Source: Octopus sinensis | Lineage: Eukaryota | Assembly (NCBI RefSeq): GCF_006345805.1 | Contig: NC_043007.1 | Location: forward strand, 15,066,001-15,130,000 | Direction of reading: 5' to 3' | DNA: 64,000 bases | Program-made: the position numbers and the translations under genes | Shown: positions 12,236-24,832 of the stretch, in pieces | Numbering within the stretch: position 1 is the stretch's first letter | Layout: each line of letters begins with the position of its first letter | The notes under the pieces: generated by a model | The model's database searches: none | What the model was told of the DNA's origin: nothing | What the model saw: the letters and a program-made list of their open reading frames with translations, nothing else

Positions 12236-13849
12236 TTACTCATTGATAATACAATGTTCTTTTCATTTTATTCCGACAATGAATAATTGTTTTGAAATAT
12301 GTTAAAAAATATATTAATCTGGTTAAAATATTTTATTTTTAAAGAAATATCTCTCGGCTGTACTAAACATTCAGCGCCCTTCCATAGTATTCTCTTGTGA
12401 ACTCATAACGCTTTCAACAACCACTTGTGTAGTATAAGAGCTTTCTTCGTTGCCCTCAGTCCAATGGCTAAAACAAGTAAATGGTAAGAAACACCCAATC
12501 TGTGATTCTTTCTTAAAACACTAATGCGACTGAGGGAAATTAGGTTGCTATTTCTTGTTGATAAGTGTTCATCGAGCAGAGCTAAGAACGCTTGTGTTCA
12601 AGACATGTCCATCCCGTCATTTATTCAAGTTGTGTCAAAGACTACATTATTTAATAAGTTTTTCCGCATTTTTTAGAAAGTTGAGTTTGTGAGAATTTTG
12701 GCTGCTATTTCTAGCAAGTCGAGAAATTTCGTAAAAGTTCTCTTTTATTATTTCTAGTTATTCTGCATGAAGCAGAAGTTAACACCACCACCACTACCTC
12801 AGAAAAACTCACAAAAAAAAAAAACCTGTAGTAAATCCGAAGGAAACTGAGCCCAACTCTAAAAAGTTTCTCACGTTAAACCAACATATTTTATCGCAGT
12901 TATCTGGTTAAATATTAGTACAATCCAACTAAACTTACCATATTTTTCTTTTCATCAGCAGTCTTTGTTTTTGTTTTCCTTAATCTTTTTAGTTCAGTTA
13001 GTAAGGTGAAATTCTCTTTTTATGAAAATAAAAGACGCAAAGTTTTTCAGTAATTAAATAACACAGATATTAGTACTGGCCAAAAATTATTCGTTAACTA
13101 TATTTCTATATAATCTGCTGGTTCACTTTTCACTGTATGATACTGACGAAGTCACATAAGCCGAGACATATGTCCATAGTCTTCTCTTCTTTGTAAAGAA
13201 AGATAAGGCTTTCCTTCCCCTCTCTCCCTTTTCTTTTAAAGTCACAAACGTGGTGTCACGGCTCTCTGGTCAACAGTAGTCACGTGGTTCAACTCGCTTG
13301 GATGACTCTGTTCACTTTTTTTAGGCGAACGCGTGGATGTGTAGTTAAGACGTTAGCTTCGCAAAACATCGCTTCAGGTTCAGTCCTTCGGCGCGGCACC
13401 TTGTGTTAGTGTCTACTGATACAACTCCAACCCAACTAATTGCTTTGTGAGTGAATTAGGTAGACGGAACTATGGAAGGCCATCATACACACACGTACAC
13501 ACACTAACACATGCACATGCACGCACACACGTACGCATACACACACGCACTCACGCGCACATACACGTGTGTATAATTGTGTGTGTGTGTGTGTTGGTTG
13601 TGCATTCGTAACCGAGGAAAACCATCACTGAATATTGTCCGTACAATATGTCAGCAATGCCTGTGTATGAGATTACTCTACCAGCTGTCGACTTCCTCCT
13701 GGGTCGCATGAGGCTTCCATGCTCGCTGTGGTGCCCTTCAACTCGACCAGGCATAGGAAATTCACCTCGTCAGCTATTGCATAATTTTAGGTCCAATAAG
13801 ACCCTCCGCCGAGGCAAAATATTCCCTACCAATATGTATCGCAGGCTCA

Positions 13850-14298
13850 GTAATTTTGGGAGTTGTTCTTTTCTGATCCTTTCTAACAATTCACGTAAGA
13901 GTCCGACGGTCCCTATCTGAAAGTTTTAGTTTTCTTTCAGAGTTTTGTTTCGACGAGGAGGTTTTTTCCCCCCCTTTCTCAAAGGCTCTTATTACTTTCA
14001 AGATAGTACTGCTTGATATACCAAACATTTCGGCTGTTTTCGTTACGCTAGCGCCTGCCATACGAGCATCAACAATTTGACCTCTTTGAAAGTCTGATAC
14101 ATCTGTCATTTTAATGAATTTTAATTACCTTTTTCTGATGATATCTGAAAAGAAACAGAAATTTTAATAAAACATATTAAGCAACACTAACAATAAATAA
14201 AAAAACATAAAAATGAACAAGGTTTTGACGGTTTTATAGATATTTCAAAATTACGATGCTATGATGCTACGTGTTTCCCTTATTTTGTCCAACCTATG
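13850..14298 (-). mobile_element. Tc1-family transposon 5' remnant (TIR plus N-terminal HTH)
   Basis: TA-flanked TIR CATAGGTTGGACAAAATAAGGGAAACAC; ORF 13891-14109 MTDVSDFQRGQIVDARMAGASVTKTAEMFGISSSTI...KLSDRDRRTL is a typical Tc1 paired-like domain. Confidence 0.85.
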
Positions 14299-14391
14299 TA
14301 TCTCTCGGCCTGTGTGTATGGGTACGTACATATATAAAGCATAACATAACTATAAGCGTATACACACACATACACACCACACCACACACAC

Positions 14392-14427
<36 letters not shown>

Positions 14428-14502
14428 ACACACACCACACACATACACACACACACATACACACACACCACAACACACACATACACCCACACACACTACA
14501 CA

Positions 14503-14565
<63 letters not shown>

Positions 14566-14770
14566 GTATATATGTATATGTGTGTGTATGTATAATTATG
14601 CATACGATTCCATTAGTGCCGGGCTGTGTGCGTGTGTGCATGTATGCTTTAGTGTGTGTGTATATATGTATGTATATATCTTTCTCCCTACACACACACA
14701 CATATATACATATATAATAACTGTATAATAATATATCATAATAATATATATACTCCAATTAAAGTGACAT

Positions 14771-14815
<45 letters not shown>

Positions 14816-14859
14816 CGAGGACTCCTCGACTCTCTCGTCCTTGACACGTAGCAAAAGAT

Positions 14860-15340
14860 AATCTGTCTTTCTGCCCCCAACCTTCGAAAAGAAAGGACGT
14901 GCTTATACTGTCTCCTTCATAAGCTCGTCGTCCTCGCGTTCAGAATATTTTTTCTATCGTCTCGGGTTAACAGTCCTACCGTTTGTTTTTACTGTTTTGT
15001 TCTCACTGTCCTGTTCTTGTTCCAAAAAATTCCAAATTTTATTTAATTTGCTTTGCGGGAAGGACTCTTTCGACGAAGTCGCGTCTTGTCCTTGCCTTCG
15101 GAACGTGGAGTAAATGAAACTGAGACAACTGAAGAAGGGGAATATTCTTTATTTTGTATGTCTCGTTTCTCTGTGTGTCTTGTTTTTTTCGTTGTTCGAA
15201 AAAAAGTTCGTTTCTATGTTTTTCTTTTTATGTTTACATTTCTCGTGGTGTTCAACGTTTTTTTTTTATATCCTGTACCCATATATGCATGTGCATATAT
15301 ACATATATATGTAGGTATGTACATATATTTATATATTATT
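14860..15340 (+). repeat. Unclassified dispersed repeat; second copy at 59095-59620 (-)
   Basis: Shared blocks TTTGCGGGAAGGACT, CTGAAGAAGGGGAAT, TCCTGTAC(C/T)CATATATGCATG, GTAGGTATGTACATATAT. Confidence 0.75.
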
Positions 15341-15466
15341 TATATTATCAGACCTATATATACTTATACATGCATGCAAACAAGTAGTTTAGGTATCCAT
15401 GCTTTTACTGTACGTGTGCATGTATACATACTTACAAAGACACATACTTACACACACATGCACACA

Positions 15467-15519
<53 letters not shown>

Positions 15520-15849
15520 TTCATACATAAATAATTAGTAGGTTTTATGTCGGATATACATTATATTTTCATACACCTAAAAAGATACACATATAGGCAT
15601 CTAAATATAGATACCGACAAGGCTTCGCTCTTATACACACATGAAACTATATAATATATATATAGAATATTTATATACACACACACACACACGTGTGTGC
15701 GTGCGTCTGTGTACTTAGATACACATGCATATTAACCACCCCCAGCCTCTACATCTGTTTTCTGGTTTGAGGTAAAGAGGTCGGTTAATATTGCTCCATT
15801 TATCTGTTATTTAAAATTTCTAACATATGTGATAAATAACGAAGACGTC

Positions 15850-15977
15850 GATGGTGGCGGTAACGGTGGCACTAGGCGGTGGTTGTGGCGGTGGTGGAAG
15901 TGGTGGTGGTGGTGGTGGTGGTGGTGGTGTTAATGTTGACTATGGTGATAGTTTGATGTTGGTGTTGGTGGTTGTGG

Positions 15978-16009
<32 letters not shown>

Positions 16010-16560
16010 GTGCTATTGCATATTGTTGTTGGTTGTATCGTTAGTGACAGTGATGGTGGTAATGGTAGTGGTGGTAGTATGAGTGATGGTATGGTGGTGG
16101 TAGTGTTGGTGGTGATGGTGGTAGTATGAGTGATGGTGCGGTGGTGGTGATGAAGATGGTGATAGTGGTGGTGGTAGTATGAGTTATGGCAGCGTTTGTG
16201 ATGGTGCGGTGGTGATGCTGGCGACGATGGTGGTGGTAGTTGGTAATGATGGTGCGGTGGTAGTAGTGGTGGCAGTATGAGTCATGGTACGGTGGGGATG
16301 ATAGTGGTTGTGGTCGCCGTCGTCGTAGTATGAGTGATGGTACGGTGGTGGTGGTGGTAATAATGGCACGATGGTGGTGGTCATGGTGGTGACGGTGATG
16401 GTAGTGGCATTGATAGTGATGGAGTTGGTGGTGGCGGTGATGGGTGTGGTGGTGAATGTTGCAGTGTAGTAACGGTGTTAGTATTGGCAGTGGTGGTATT
16501 TGTGTCGAACGGTGGTGGTCATGGTGGTCTCGTGGTAGTAGTGTTGGTGATAGTATAGTA
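15850..16560. repeat. (GGT)n/(GAT)n low-complexity tract with recurring GTAGTATGAGTGATGGT unit
   Basis: Directly visible. Confidence 0.9.
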
Positions 16561-17228
16561 TTATCTTTGTAGTAATTAGCAGCGGTGGAATGGTTGTACA
16601 GGAATTAAACGCTTTGCCTGAACAACTTTTCATGTTGGTGAGATAATGGCGTGGTGCCGTTGTCAGTGTTGTTATTGTTATTTAACCCAAGGTCAGGACA
16701 GATCAAAGTATACATATGGTCAACAGGCAATCCAACCGTGATTATCCTGTCTTTTCCTCTTTATATTTCAGGCTGTTTCTATCCAGGGACACGTTATTCA
16801 ATGTTTCGTTGTTTCTTTAAAGACGGTCGGGTGTTATTTGAGGGAGTTTTGGCAGTTATCTTTTTTCTTAAAGAATATAGAGATAGATTTATATTTGTAT
16901 AGGGGTACACACACACACACACACACACACATACACATATATGTAGAGATAATAGATTTATATATAATACTATTTATTTATTATTTCGTACTTTATTTAG
17001 TTCTAGGTAAATGTTTTATCGTATCTTTAATTTTTTTCTATATGGTATCATTTAAGTATATTATTGTTGAATTGCTACATGGTGGTTCTTCTCTAATGTC
17101 TATACATGTATTATATATATATATATATACTACTAATATAGGATGAAGTTTTTTTTCTCTACAGAAAAAATTTCCATCAAGAAATGTGGCAGCATATTAA
17201 AATACCTTTACGGTTAAAATTATAAACA

Positions 17229-17449
17229 ACTTATAAGTAAGAGGTAAAGAAAATTATTTCAATGCCAATATGCTGATAACAGACTATTAAATCGTCAATT
17301 TCCACATATTTATTTACTCGCCACAGAAAAAACACCAGCTCTTCGGTTTTTTCTGTAGCGAATAAATAATATGTGGAAATTGACGATTTAATAGTCTGTT
17401 ATCAGCATATTGGCATTGAAATAATTTTTTTTAGCCCTTACTTATAAGT
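17229..17449. repeat. Long near-perfect palindrome, arms ~105 bp, ~12-nt loop
   Basis: 17229-17333 is the reverse complement of 17346-17449 with few mismatches. Confidence 0.92.
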
Positions 17450-17460
17450 GTGTATATATA

Positions 17461-17498
<38 letters not shown>

Positions 17499-17552
17499 TA
17501 TATGTATATATTGTATGTATATATATATATAAATATATATATATATGTATGG

Positions 17553-17600
<48 letters not shown>

Positions 17601-17646
17601 ATATATATATATATATGTATGTATGTAATAATATATATATATATAT

Positions 17647-17679
<33 letters not shown>

Positions 17680-17787
17680 TATATATATATGATATAAGGT
17701 ATGTATGTAGATACATATATATTAATATATATATATTATATATATATATTAAAGAGAGAGAGAGAGAGAGGAAGAGACGTGTGTGCA

Positions 17788-17825
<38 letters not shown>

Positions 17826-18333
17826 ATATATATATATATAGAGAGAGAGATAGAGGGGATATGCAGCAGTGCGTACTGTGTGTGTGGTAAGCTCCTGTTG
17901 GGAAACACTCTCCATGAGGTTTGGGAGGGCGTGTGATTAGCTAAAGAGGCAATGATGAAGTTTATATTAAGAGTAAGCGAGTTAATACGGTAATAAGGGC
18001 GTGGTTAATTGTATGTAAGATAAAGGTCCGGATGGGGAAGAGTGGCCATGCTGTGTGTATGTGTGTCTGTGTGCATATTGTTTGTTGTTCGTTGGGGTGG
18101 GGAAACTGTGCAGGATGCGGACAGTATTTGAGGACAGATTTAGGGTTAAAAGAAAACGCTTATATAACAGAAAAAATTGTATTTTTCATAAAAATAGCAT
18201 AAACATAAAGCTAAATTATTAATTTAGTAATTTCATTCAATAAAACTACTATCAGCATCAATAACTGCCTCTGTGCAGAGGGGTCGGAATCGTTTACAAA
18301 TTCTGATTAAGTGGTCCTTGTTCATATCGGACA

Positions 18334-18744
18334 TACTCTTTTACTCTATTACTCTCTTAATTGTTTCAGTCATTTGACTGCGGCCATGCTGGAGCACCGT
18401 CTTTAGTCAAGGAAATCGACCCCAGGACTTATTCTTTGTAAGCCTAGTACTTATTATACCGGTCTCTTTTGCCGAACCGCTAAGTTACGGGGATGTAAAC
18501 ACACCAGCATCGGTTGTCAAGCGATGTTGGGGTGGGTGGGGTTTACAAACACAGACACACAAACACACACACATGTATATACATATACATATATACGACG
18601 GGCTTCTTTCAGTTTCCATCTACCAAATCCACTCACAAGGCTATGGTCGGCTCGCGGCTATAGTAGAAGACACTTGCCCAAGGTGGCCCGCAGTGAGACT
18701 GTGGTTGGTAAGCAAGCTACGTACCACACAGCCACTCCTGTGCC
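18334..18744 (-). mobile_element. SINE type B
   Basis: B head, core and tail with small internal deletion. Confidence 0.9.
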
Positions 18745-18759
18745 TGTGCCACTCCTGTG

Positions 18760-19480
18760 TCGAACTATGGCGGCTTTCAAAGAAACTTTGGTACCATGGA
18801 TGTTCATTGACATTTTTTCATAACGATGCTCCATACATAGTAGTCTAGTGGATTGAGACGTGGAGAATTAAGAGGTCAAATGTTGGGGGTAATGTGATCA
18901 TGCAAATTCTCGGCCATCCATTCTTGTGTCATTTGAACCTTGTTTGATGTTGCAGAATCTTGTTGAAAAACATAAGGCCTTCCATTGCATACTCTGTTGA
19001 TCCAAGGTTTAACAACTTTATCCAGAACCTCAATATAGCAGCAGCATTCACACTAAGGCCTTGTGCTAACAACACCCAAAATCATGACACTTTAAGAAAT
19101 TTTGTGTGCGTTACTCTTGGAACGTTAGAAGGGTGGCACATAGCCGTCTGTCATTTCTTCTGTTAGTTTTCTGGTCCTGATCAAAGCTTTTCTCATCTGA
19201 GAAAAACTAAATCCCACCATCTTCTGATGTATTTTTAGGTTTGTTCAAGTCTTTTCATGTCAGAAAGAAACAAAAAAACAAAACAAAAGAAAACCGTTTA
19301 ATTAGATACAAAAGACTTTTGAACAGGCATGAATTGACCGCTCCTCATCACCTAAGACTTGTATCTGATGACTTCATGCAAGACATTTCTGATTGTTTTT
19401 TTCTGACGCACGAAATTTTTTTGCAATTGACCACATTGACGGGTGGTGTCCACTTCCATTGTTGTGTCAGCACCGATTTC
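18760..19480 (-). pseudogene. Decayed DD37D (maT) Tc1/mariner transposase
   Basis: FFSDEKSFDQDQKTNRRNDR...YIEVLDKVVKPWINRVCNGRPYVFQQDSATSNKVQMTQEWMAENLHDHITPNI*PLNSPRLNPLDYYVW; 37 residues between second and third Asp. Confidence 0.88.
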
Positions 19481-19684
19481 ATTGAGGAGACACAAACAAA
19501 TTATTACATTTTTCATGTCTAAACCTGAAGGTATGGAGTTAAGTGGTATATTTATTTCTTTTCATTTATCTAGCTCGTAAACATCTAGCGTCTTGCTAAT
19601 TTGAGAACACGGAGTCCGTGGCAGGACGGTTTGACGTCTATTTTTAGCATACAAGGGATCCACTTAGTGGCATCTCCCTTTATA

Positions 19685-19717
<33 letters not shown>

Positions 19718-19776
19718 GGAAAAATAAGTCAAGATAGAAAAAAAGTCAAGATAGATAATTTTATAAAAAAACATTT

Positions 19777-19812
19777 CAGTACCGGTTTCAGTCATTGAGA
19801 CTTTTTCAACTG
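19777..19812 (-). ncRNA. Minimal type I hammerhead ribozyme motif (U3/A8 variant)
   Basis: Minus strand: CAG-TTGAAAA-AGTC tcaat GACT-GAAA-CCGG-TA-CTG (stem I, core, stem II, GAAA, palindromic loop 3, cleavage site, stem I'). Confidence 0.7.
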
Positions 19813-20109
19813 TAAGTATGGAAAACAATTAAATTTTGGAAAAATTAAAAGAAAAGTTTTTTAAAAGAATTTGCATAGTGTTCAAATACAAGTGGCATTT
19901 TTCTTGTTTCTGCCTGTTTCTGCGTCTATTGTTTACTCTTGTGGGTTCGAGGTCGTTGTGAATTCTTGGTAGAGAAGAAGAAGAAGAAGGAGAGGAGGAG
20001 GGAAGAAGGAGAAGAAGAATGGGGGAGTACCGTAATAGTAGTATATATATTATATATATAAGTTTATGAAAGAATGGAGTTGAACGACTTGTTAACAAAT
20101 TTCCTTTAT

Positions 20110-20190
20110 TTTCGACATATGTTTCGAAGGCTGCATATTCCTAATTCCGAAGGAATAAGGAGTACATTATGCAGATTTCTCATCAGGAAA
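20110..20190 (-). ncRNA. Type I hammerhead ribozyme motif, canonical core
   Basis: Minus strand: TTTC-CTGATGA-GAAatCTGCATA...TATGCAGccTTC-GAAAC-ATAT-GTC-GAAA. Confidence 0.82.
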
Positions 20191-20360
20191 GGCAAGGAAC
20201 TTATGTCGACATCAAAATGCTCAAAAAACTTTTAGCTGACTGCTCTCAAGGAGCCTATGGCGATAATGAGTGTCTGTTTATAAGATGTGAATTTGCTACC
20301 CAGGTATCGGTTATCTTTCGAATTATCCTTAATAAGATAATTCATTCAACTACTCAAATA

Positions 20361-20401
<41 letters not shown>

Positions 20402-21029
20402 TGCTCACAGCATACAGACGTAGCGGAGAACATCTAAACCAAGAACGGAGATGACGTAACTAAAACAAAGAAGCGAAGCAATATTTTCGACAGCAACTGT
20501 TGAATGGCAGTTAGCAGCCATTGGAATTGTAACTTCCTGCTTTGGTTGTCTTTATTTATGTGACTAATTTTTTTATAAAGACAGATGTGTTTCGGTTCGG
20601 TTGCCACGGTAATGGAACACCAAAAATACAATTACGTAATCTAACATTAGTAACTAATGGATACGGTCTGGTGTGAAAAAGAAGTGGAAAGTGTTAACAG
20701 TAGATGATGAATAGGAAAGTTATAAAAAGATATCAACGCGCTGACACCAAACCAAAAACAAGGCGAGACTAAGGAACCGAAATGAACAAAGAAACAATGC
20801 GAATATGCATAAGAAGCATGGAAGACATTGTTTTTTTTATTTAAGTATAAGCTCAGCAGATTTGAGGGGATAGATTTAGTTGACTTCACCGACTCCATTA
20901 TTTGAAAAGTGCTTTATTTATCGACCCAGAAAGGATGAAAAGCTAAGTTGATCATAGCAGGATTTGAACTCAGCGTGTATTTTCGAACATCAAATAAGCC
21001 TGCCAGCTCACAGCCGTTGAAAATCCAAA

Positions 21030-21570
21030 TATATTATATAAAATCCGTTGTCTGTCTGTGTGTGTCTTCTAGGATCTCGGGCATCCTCCATCCGATTGCG
21101 CTCAAATTTGATATGTAGATACCGACGGTATGAGGGCGTGTATTGTCTTGAAAGAAATTACAAAAATCGATTCCAGGTGAGAATGCGATCGATAAAGCCA
21201 TAGGAACGTGCATTTGTACGCGCAAGTACATCAGCTGTTGCGATCGATACTACGCGTACGCGAGAAAAATGCACGTGCAGTTTGCGCAAAAAAAGCCGGC
21301 TAGCTTGAAATAATGCCACAAAATGCAGTATATTTAAGAGACCAAAAATAATATGCAAAGGAGATATTTTCTTCAAACTTGGCATGAAAGAAGGAAAGAC
21401 TATTTGGTTTCTCAAGAAGTTTTTTTGCCATAACTTCGTTTAACAAAACCAGAAATTTTATTGAAATAAAGGCATGCTTAATTATTTTTTAATGAAAAGA
21501 AAACACTGTTTGCTTTTTATGCAGCGGATATGATTCAGCACCGTCCATTGCACGGGGGGCGTTTTGCTCA
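21030..21570 (+). mobile_element. Probable decayed non-autonomous Helitron (second family)
   Basis: 5' TATATAAAA...TGTCTGTCTGTGTGTGTC like the other Helitrons; 3' hairpin CCGTCCATTGCACGG; terminal CTAG not intact. Confidence 0.5.
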
Positions 21571-21691
21571 CAAAATTATATAAACATAGCATGAGTAGAG
21601 CGCCAGATAAAATGCTTTGCGCTTTTTAGTTATAGCTCTTTACATTCTGAGTTCAAAGCCGGCCGAGGTCAACTTTGACTTTCATCTTAAC

Positions 21692-21880
21692 TATTGGGTT
21701 GGAACTAAGTTCCCGCGTTTTTTTTTTAAATTTAAATATTTGAAAAGGTTTAATAAAAAATAACAACTAATTAATCATTAATGTATTCACCCTGGTTGTT
21801 TACATCTTCTTCCAACGTTCAACAAGATTTTCAATACCATTTCGTGAGTAGATGATTGGAAATGATTTAATTTAAAGGTA
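21692..21880 (-). mobile_element. mariner 3' end remnant
   Basis: TIR-like TATTGGGTTGGAACTAAGTTCC; minus strand NGIENLVERWKK/VNNQGEYIND*. Confidence 0.7.
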
Positions 21881-22532
21881 TTGAAAATATTCATATCATC
21901 AAACATCATGAAAACTCTTTGGAAACATTTTATCTTACTACGCTGACGACTTCACAGAATTTTTTTTATGCAGGAGAGATCAATGAAGAATTAGCTAACA
22001 TTGGAGGAGTGTTCTCATTGAAACAGACGACACAAACTTTCGTGATTTGAATGCCATTTTGAATTCCATTTAATTGAATTCCATTTAGAAAAATCAAGCG
22101 ATGAGGGTATTTTTAAGTTTGATTAAAATGAATGCATACAAACAAGTGAACAGTGAAAAAGACCGCGAAAATAACGAAAAGTCAGAACTGAATTTAATAC
22201 GAAGCTCCGTGAATTTGGTAAGTTGAGACAAGTAATAATAACTGTCGGACTCCAGCCTCGAAGAAGTGACTATTTTAATAAAGAGGTGAATAATTAGATA
22301 GAAAAAAAAATTAAATAGTTAGATAAATATAAGTGGGAGATAATGCGTAGTATGCTATAAATATGGCCGCCCTGAACGAGGGCGGTGGGTTCTTGAATCA
22401 GTAGAACACTGTGAAAAATGCCTTTGCTGTATTTAGCAATGTTTCCTTATGCTCAAATCCAACTATTGCTGTCTTTTCCTTTTCATTACTCTGCATGTGT
22501 CGCATATATATATACATACATACATACATGCA

Positions 22533-22599
<67 letters not shown>

Positions 22600-22641
22600 C
22601 ATACATACATACATATATATATATATAATATATATACATAC

Positions 22642-22674
<33 letters not shown>

Positions 22675-22960
22675 ATATACATACATACATCATATACATA
22701 TTAATACATACATATATACATATATGTATACATACATATTTACATATACATATACATACATATATATATATATTATATATATATTATATACATACATATA
22801 CATACACGCATATATACACACACATACATCCACATAATCCTTTATATATATGTATATGCATATATATTTTCATACATATACATACACATACATACATACA
22901 TACCTACATACATACATACATACAAACAAACATACATATACATATATATATATATATATA

Positions 22961-23003
<43 letters not shown>

Positions 23004-23371
23004 TTAATTATTTAAAGAAGGAGGGTGTAAGATAGGAGGCATAATGAGGTTGACATCAAATTAGAGACGAGAAGAGACTCGAGGAAAGCAATGAGTGTAA
23101 AAGAAACAAAAATACTAGAAATATGAAGACAAACATCCGCTTGTTATGTCTAACAAATGGTCTTCGCTAATTTATAAACGTTACGTTTAATATGCTTACG
23201 TACATACGTACACACAAACAAAGCGACATATATTAGACATATACATACATACATACCAACATATATATACATAGGTAATATTCTGTTTGAAGGTTATGTT
23301 TATATCTGAATGAAAATATAAATATAAATATAAATACAAGTAAGGAAGTGACAGAATGAATATAACCAAGA

Positions 23372-23780
23372 ATGGCGGCGAGCTGGAAGAAACGTTAGCA
23401 CGCCGGGCGAAATGCGTAGCCGTATTTCGTCTGCCGTTACATTCTGAGTTCAAATTCCGCCGAGGTTGACTTTGCCTTTCATCCTTTCGGGGTCGATTAA
23501 ATAAGTACCAGTAACGTACTGGAGTCGATATAAGCGACTCAATCCGTTTGTCTTTCCTTGTTTGTCCCCTCTGTGTTTAGCCCCTTGCGGGTAGTAAAGA
23601 AATAGGCATTTCTTCTGTCTTTACGTTCTGAGTTCAAATTCCGCCGAGGTCAACTTTGCTTTTCGTTCTTTCGGGATTAAGTACCAGTTACACACTGGGA
23701 TCGATGTAATCGACTTAATCCCTTTGTCTGTCCTTGTTTGTCCCCGCTATGTTTAGCCCCTTGTGGGTAATAAAGAAATA
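23372..23780 (+). mobile_element. SINE type A dimer
   Basis: Head plus two bodies; TSD AGAATGAATATAAC. Confidence 0.92.
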
Positions 23781-23964
23781 AGAATGAATATAACTACGAT
23801 AAGAAAAAAGAATTATTACAGAAAACGCATTTGAGAAGAAATATATAAATATTACGCTTTTGTAAATGGTTTGCAAGATTCTTTATATGAATTCGTCTGT
23901 TGGAACAAAATTTGTTGTGTCTAGGGATAGTCATTGTACCAATATAATGTTGGTGTCATGATGT

Positions 23965-24297
23965 CATGACGTGCGCATGACTTGGATTATAGTGAGGGTG
24001 ACTTGCGCAGGATCAGCCTCACTCTCTCGTCCTGGTGCGCCGGATCCAGTGGCAAGACAAAGTCAAGACGGCTGGGTGTAGACCAGGATGCAGGAGCTGC
24101 CCGAAGGTGGCACGCATGGCGCAATCCAACCGCCTTAGGGGTCCACTTCGGATTTATGTAGGTTTTTGGATGACCATTGACTCATGAGAGAGTTTCTCTG
24201 CCCTTTGACAGGTTTTGTTTTTAGTCCTGCTGGGTGTCCAAATCACCCTCCTCACCAAGAAATCTTGGTGGGGTTGCCAGTTTAGTCGCCAACGACT
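23965..24297 (-). mobile_element. GC-rich repeat, probable RTE-clade LINE 5' UTR fragment
   Basis: Shares CTTGG(T/A)GAGGAGGGTG...CACCCA...ACTAAAAACAA...AAGGGCAG with 59988-60388; RTE assignment from memory. Confidence 0.5.
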
Positions 24298-24298
24298 A

Positions 24299-24502
24299 CA
24301 CTGGTTCACTTTCACTCATATATTAAATATGCGATTATTTTGGTTTTGCTTGTCAAAGCTCTTTCATTGTTTCTTGCAGCCTTTTCAGTGACTTAGTCCG
24401 TTTTAAGTAAATAGTCATTGAGAAGGTAGCAAGAAAGAGCTCTGACAAACAAGCAAAAAAAGGCAATGGGATATTTAATAAATGAGTGGAAATAAACCAG
24501 TG
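24299..24502. mobile_element. Imperfect foldback element (MITE-like), ~204 bp
   Basis: CACTGGTT...CACTCAT.TATTAAATAT...TTGTCA.AGCTCTTTC...TGACT mirrored by AGTCA...GAAAGAGCT.TGACAA...ATATTTAATA.ATGAGTG...AACCAGTG. Confidence 0.7.
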
Positions 24503-24832
24503 TGTGCGTGTGTATGTGTGTTAATTATATTGACATAATGACTCTCCTTAGACACACCAAATATAAAAAATATATTATGGATATTATGAAGATCGTAAAA
24601 TTCAGTAAAAATAGCAGATGTCATAAGTTGATGTTAGGGATGGGTATTAGAGAAATTTGTGAATGGTAGCTGTAGACTAAAAACGAATACCATACAAACA
24701 GTTTACCTTCGTTTTTTCTTCGTTTTTTTCTATCTTGTCTGTCTTCGTTTGCTAGAAGAAACCAATTGTAGCCAGAACTAGCGACCGACGGGCTCTGCCA
24801 AGACCCAAAGTGCTCAGAACACACCGTATATT

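Noticed and set aside
11603-12426. hAT-like TIR start CAGTGGTTCACAACCT (similar at 33403)
   Set aside because: Matching 3' TIR and 8-bp TSD could not be established
13136-13178. Hammerhead-like CTGACGA...GAGAC-ATAT-GTC-CATA
   Set aside because: GAAA is mutated and stems I and II are disrupted; kept only as a probable fossil, not listed as a feature
15851-16384. Gly/Val/Met-rich and Thr/His/Pro-rich ORFs
   Set aside because: Products of (GGT)n/(GAT)n low-complexity DNA
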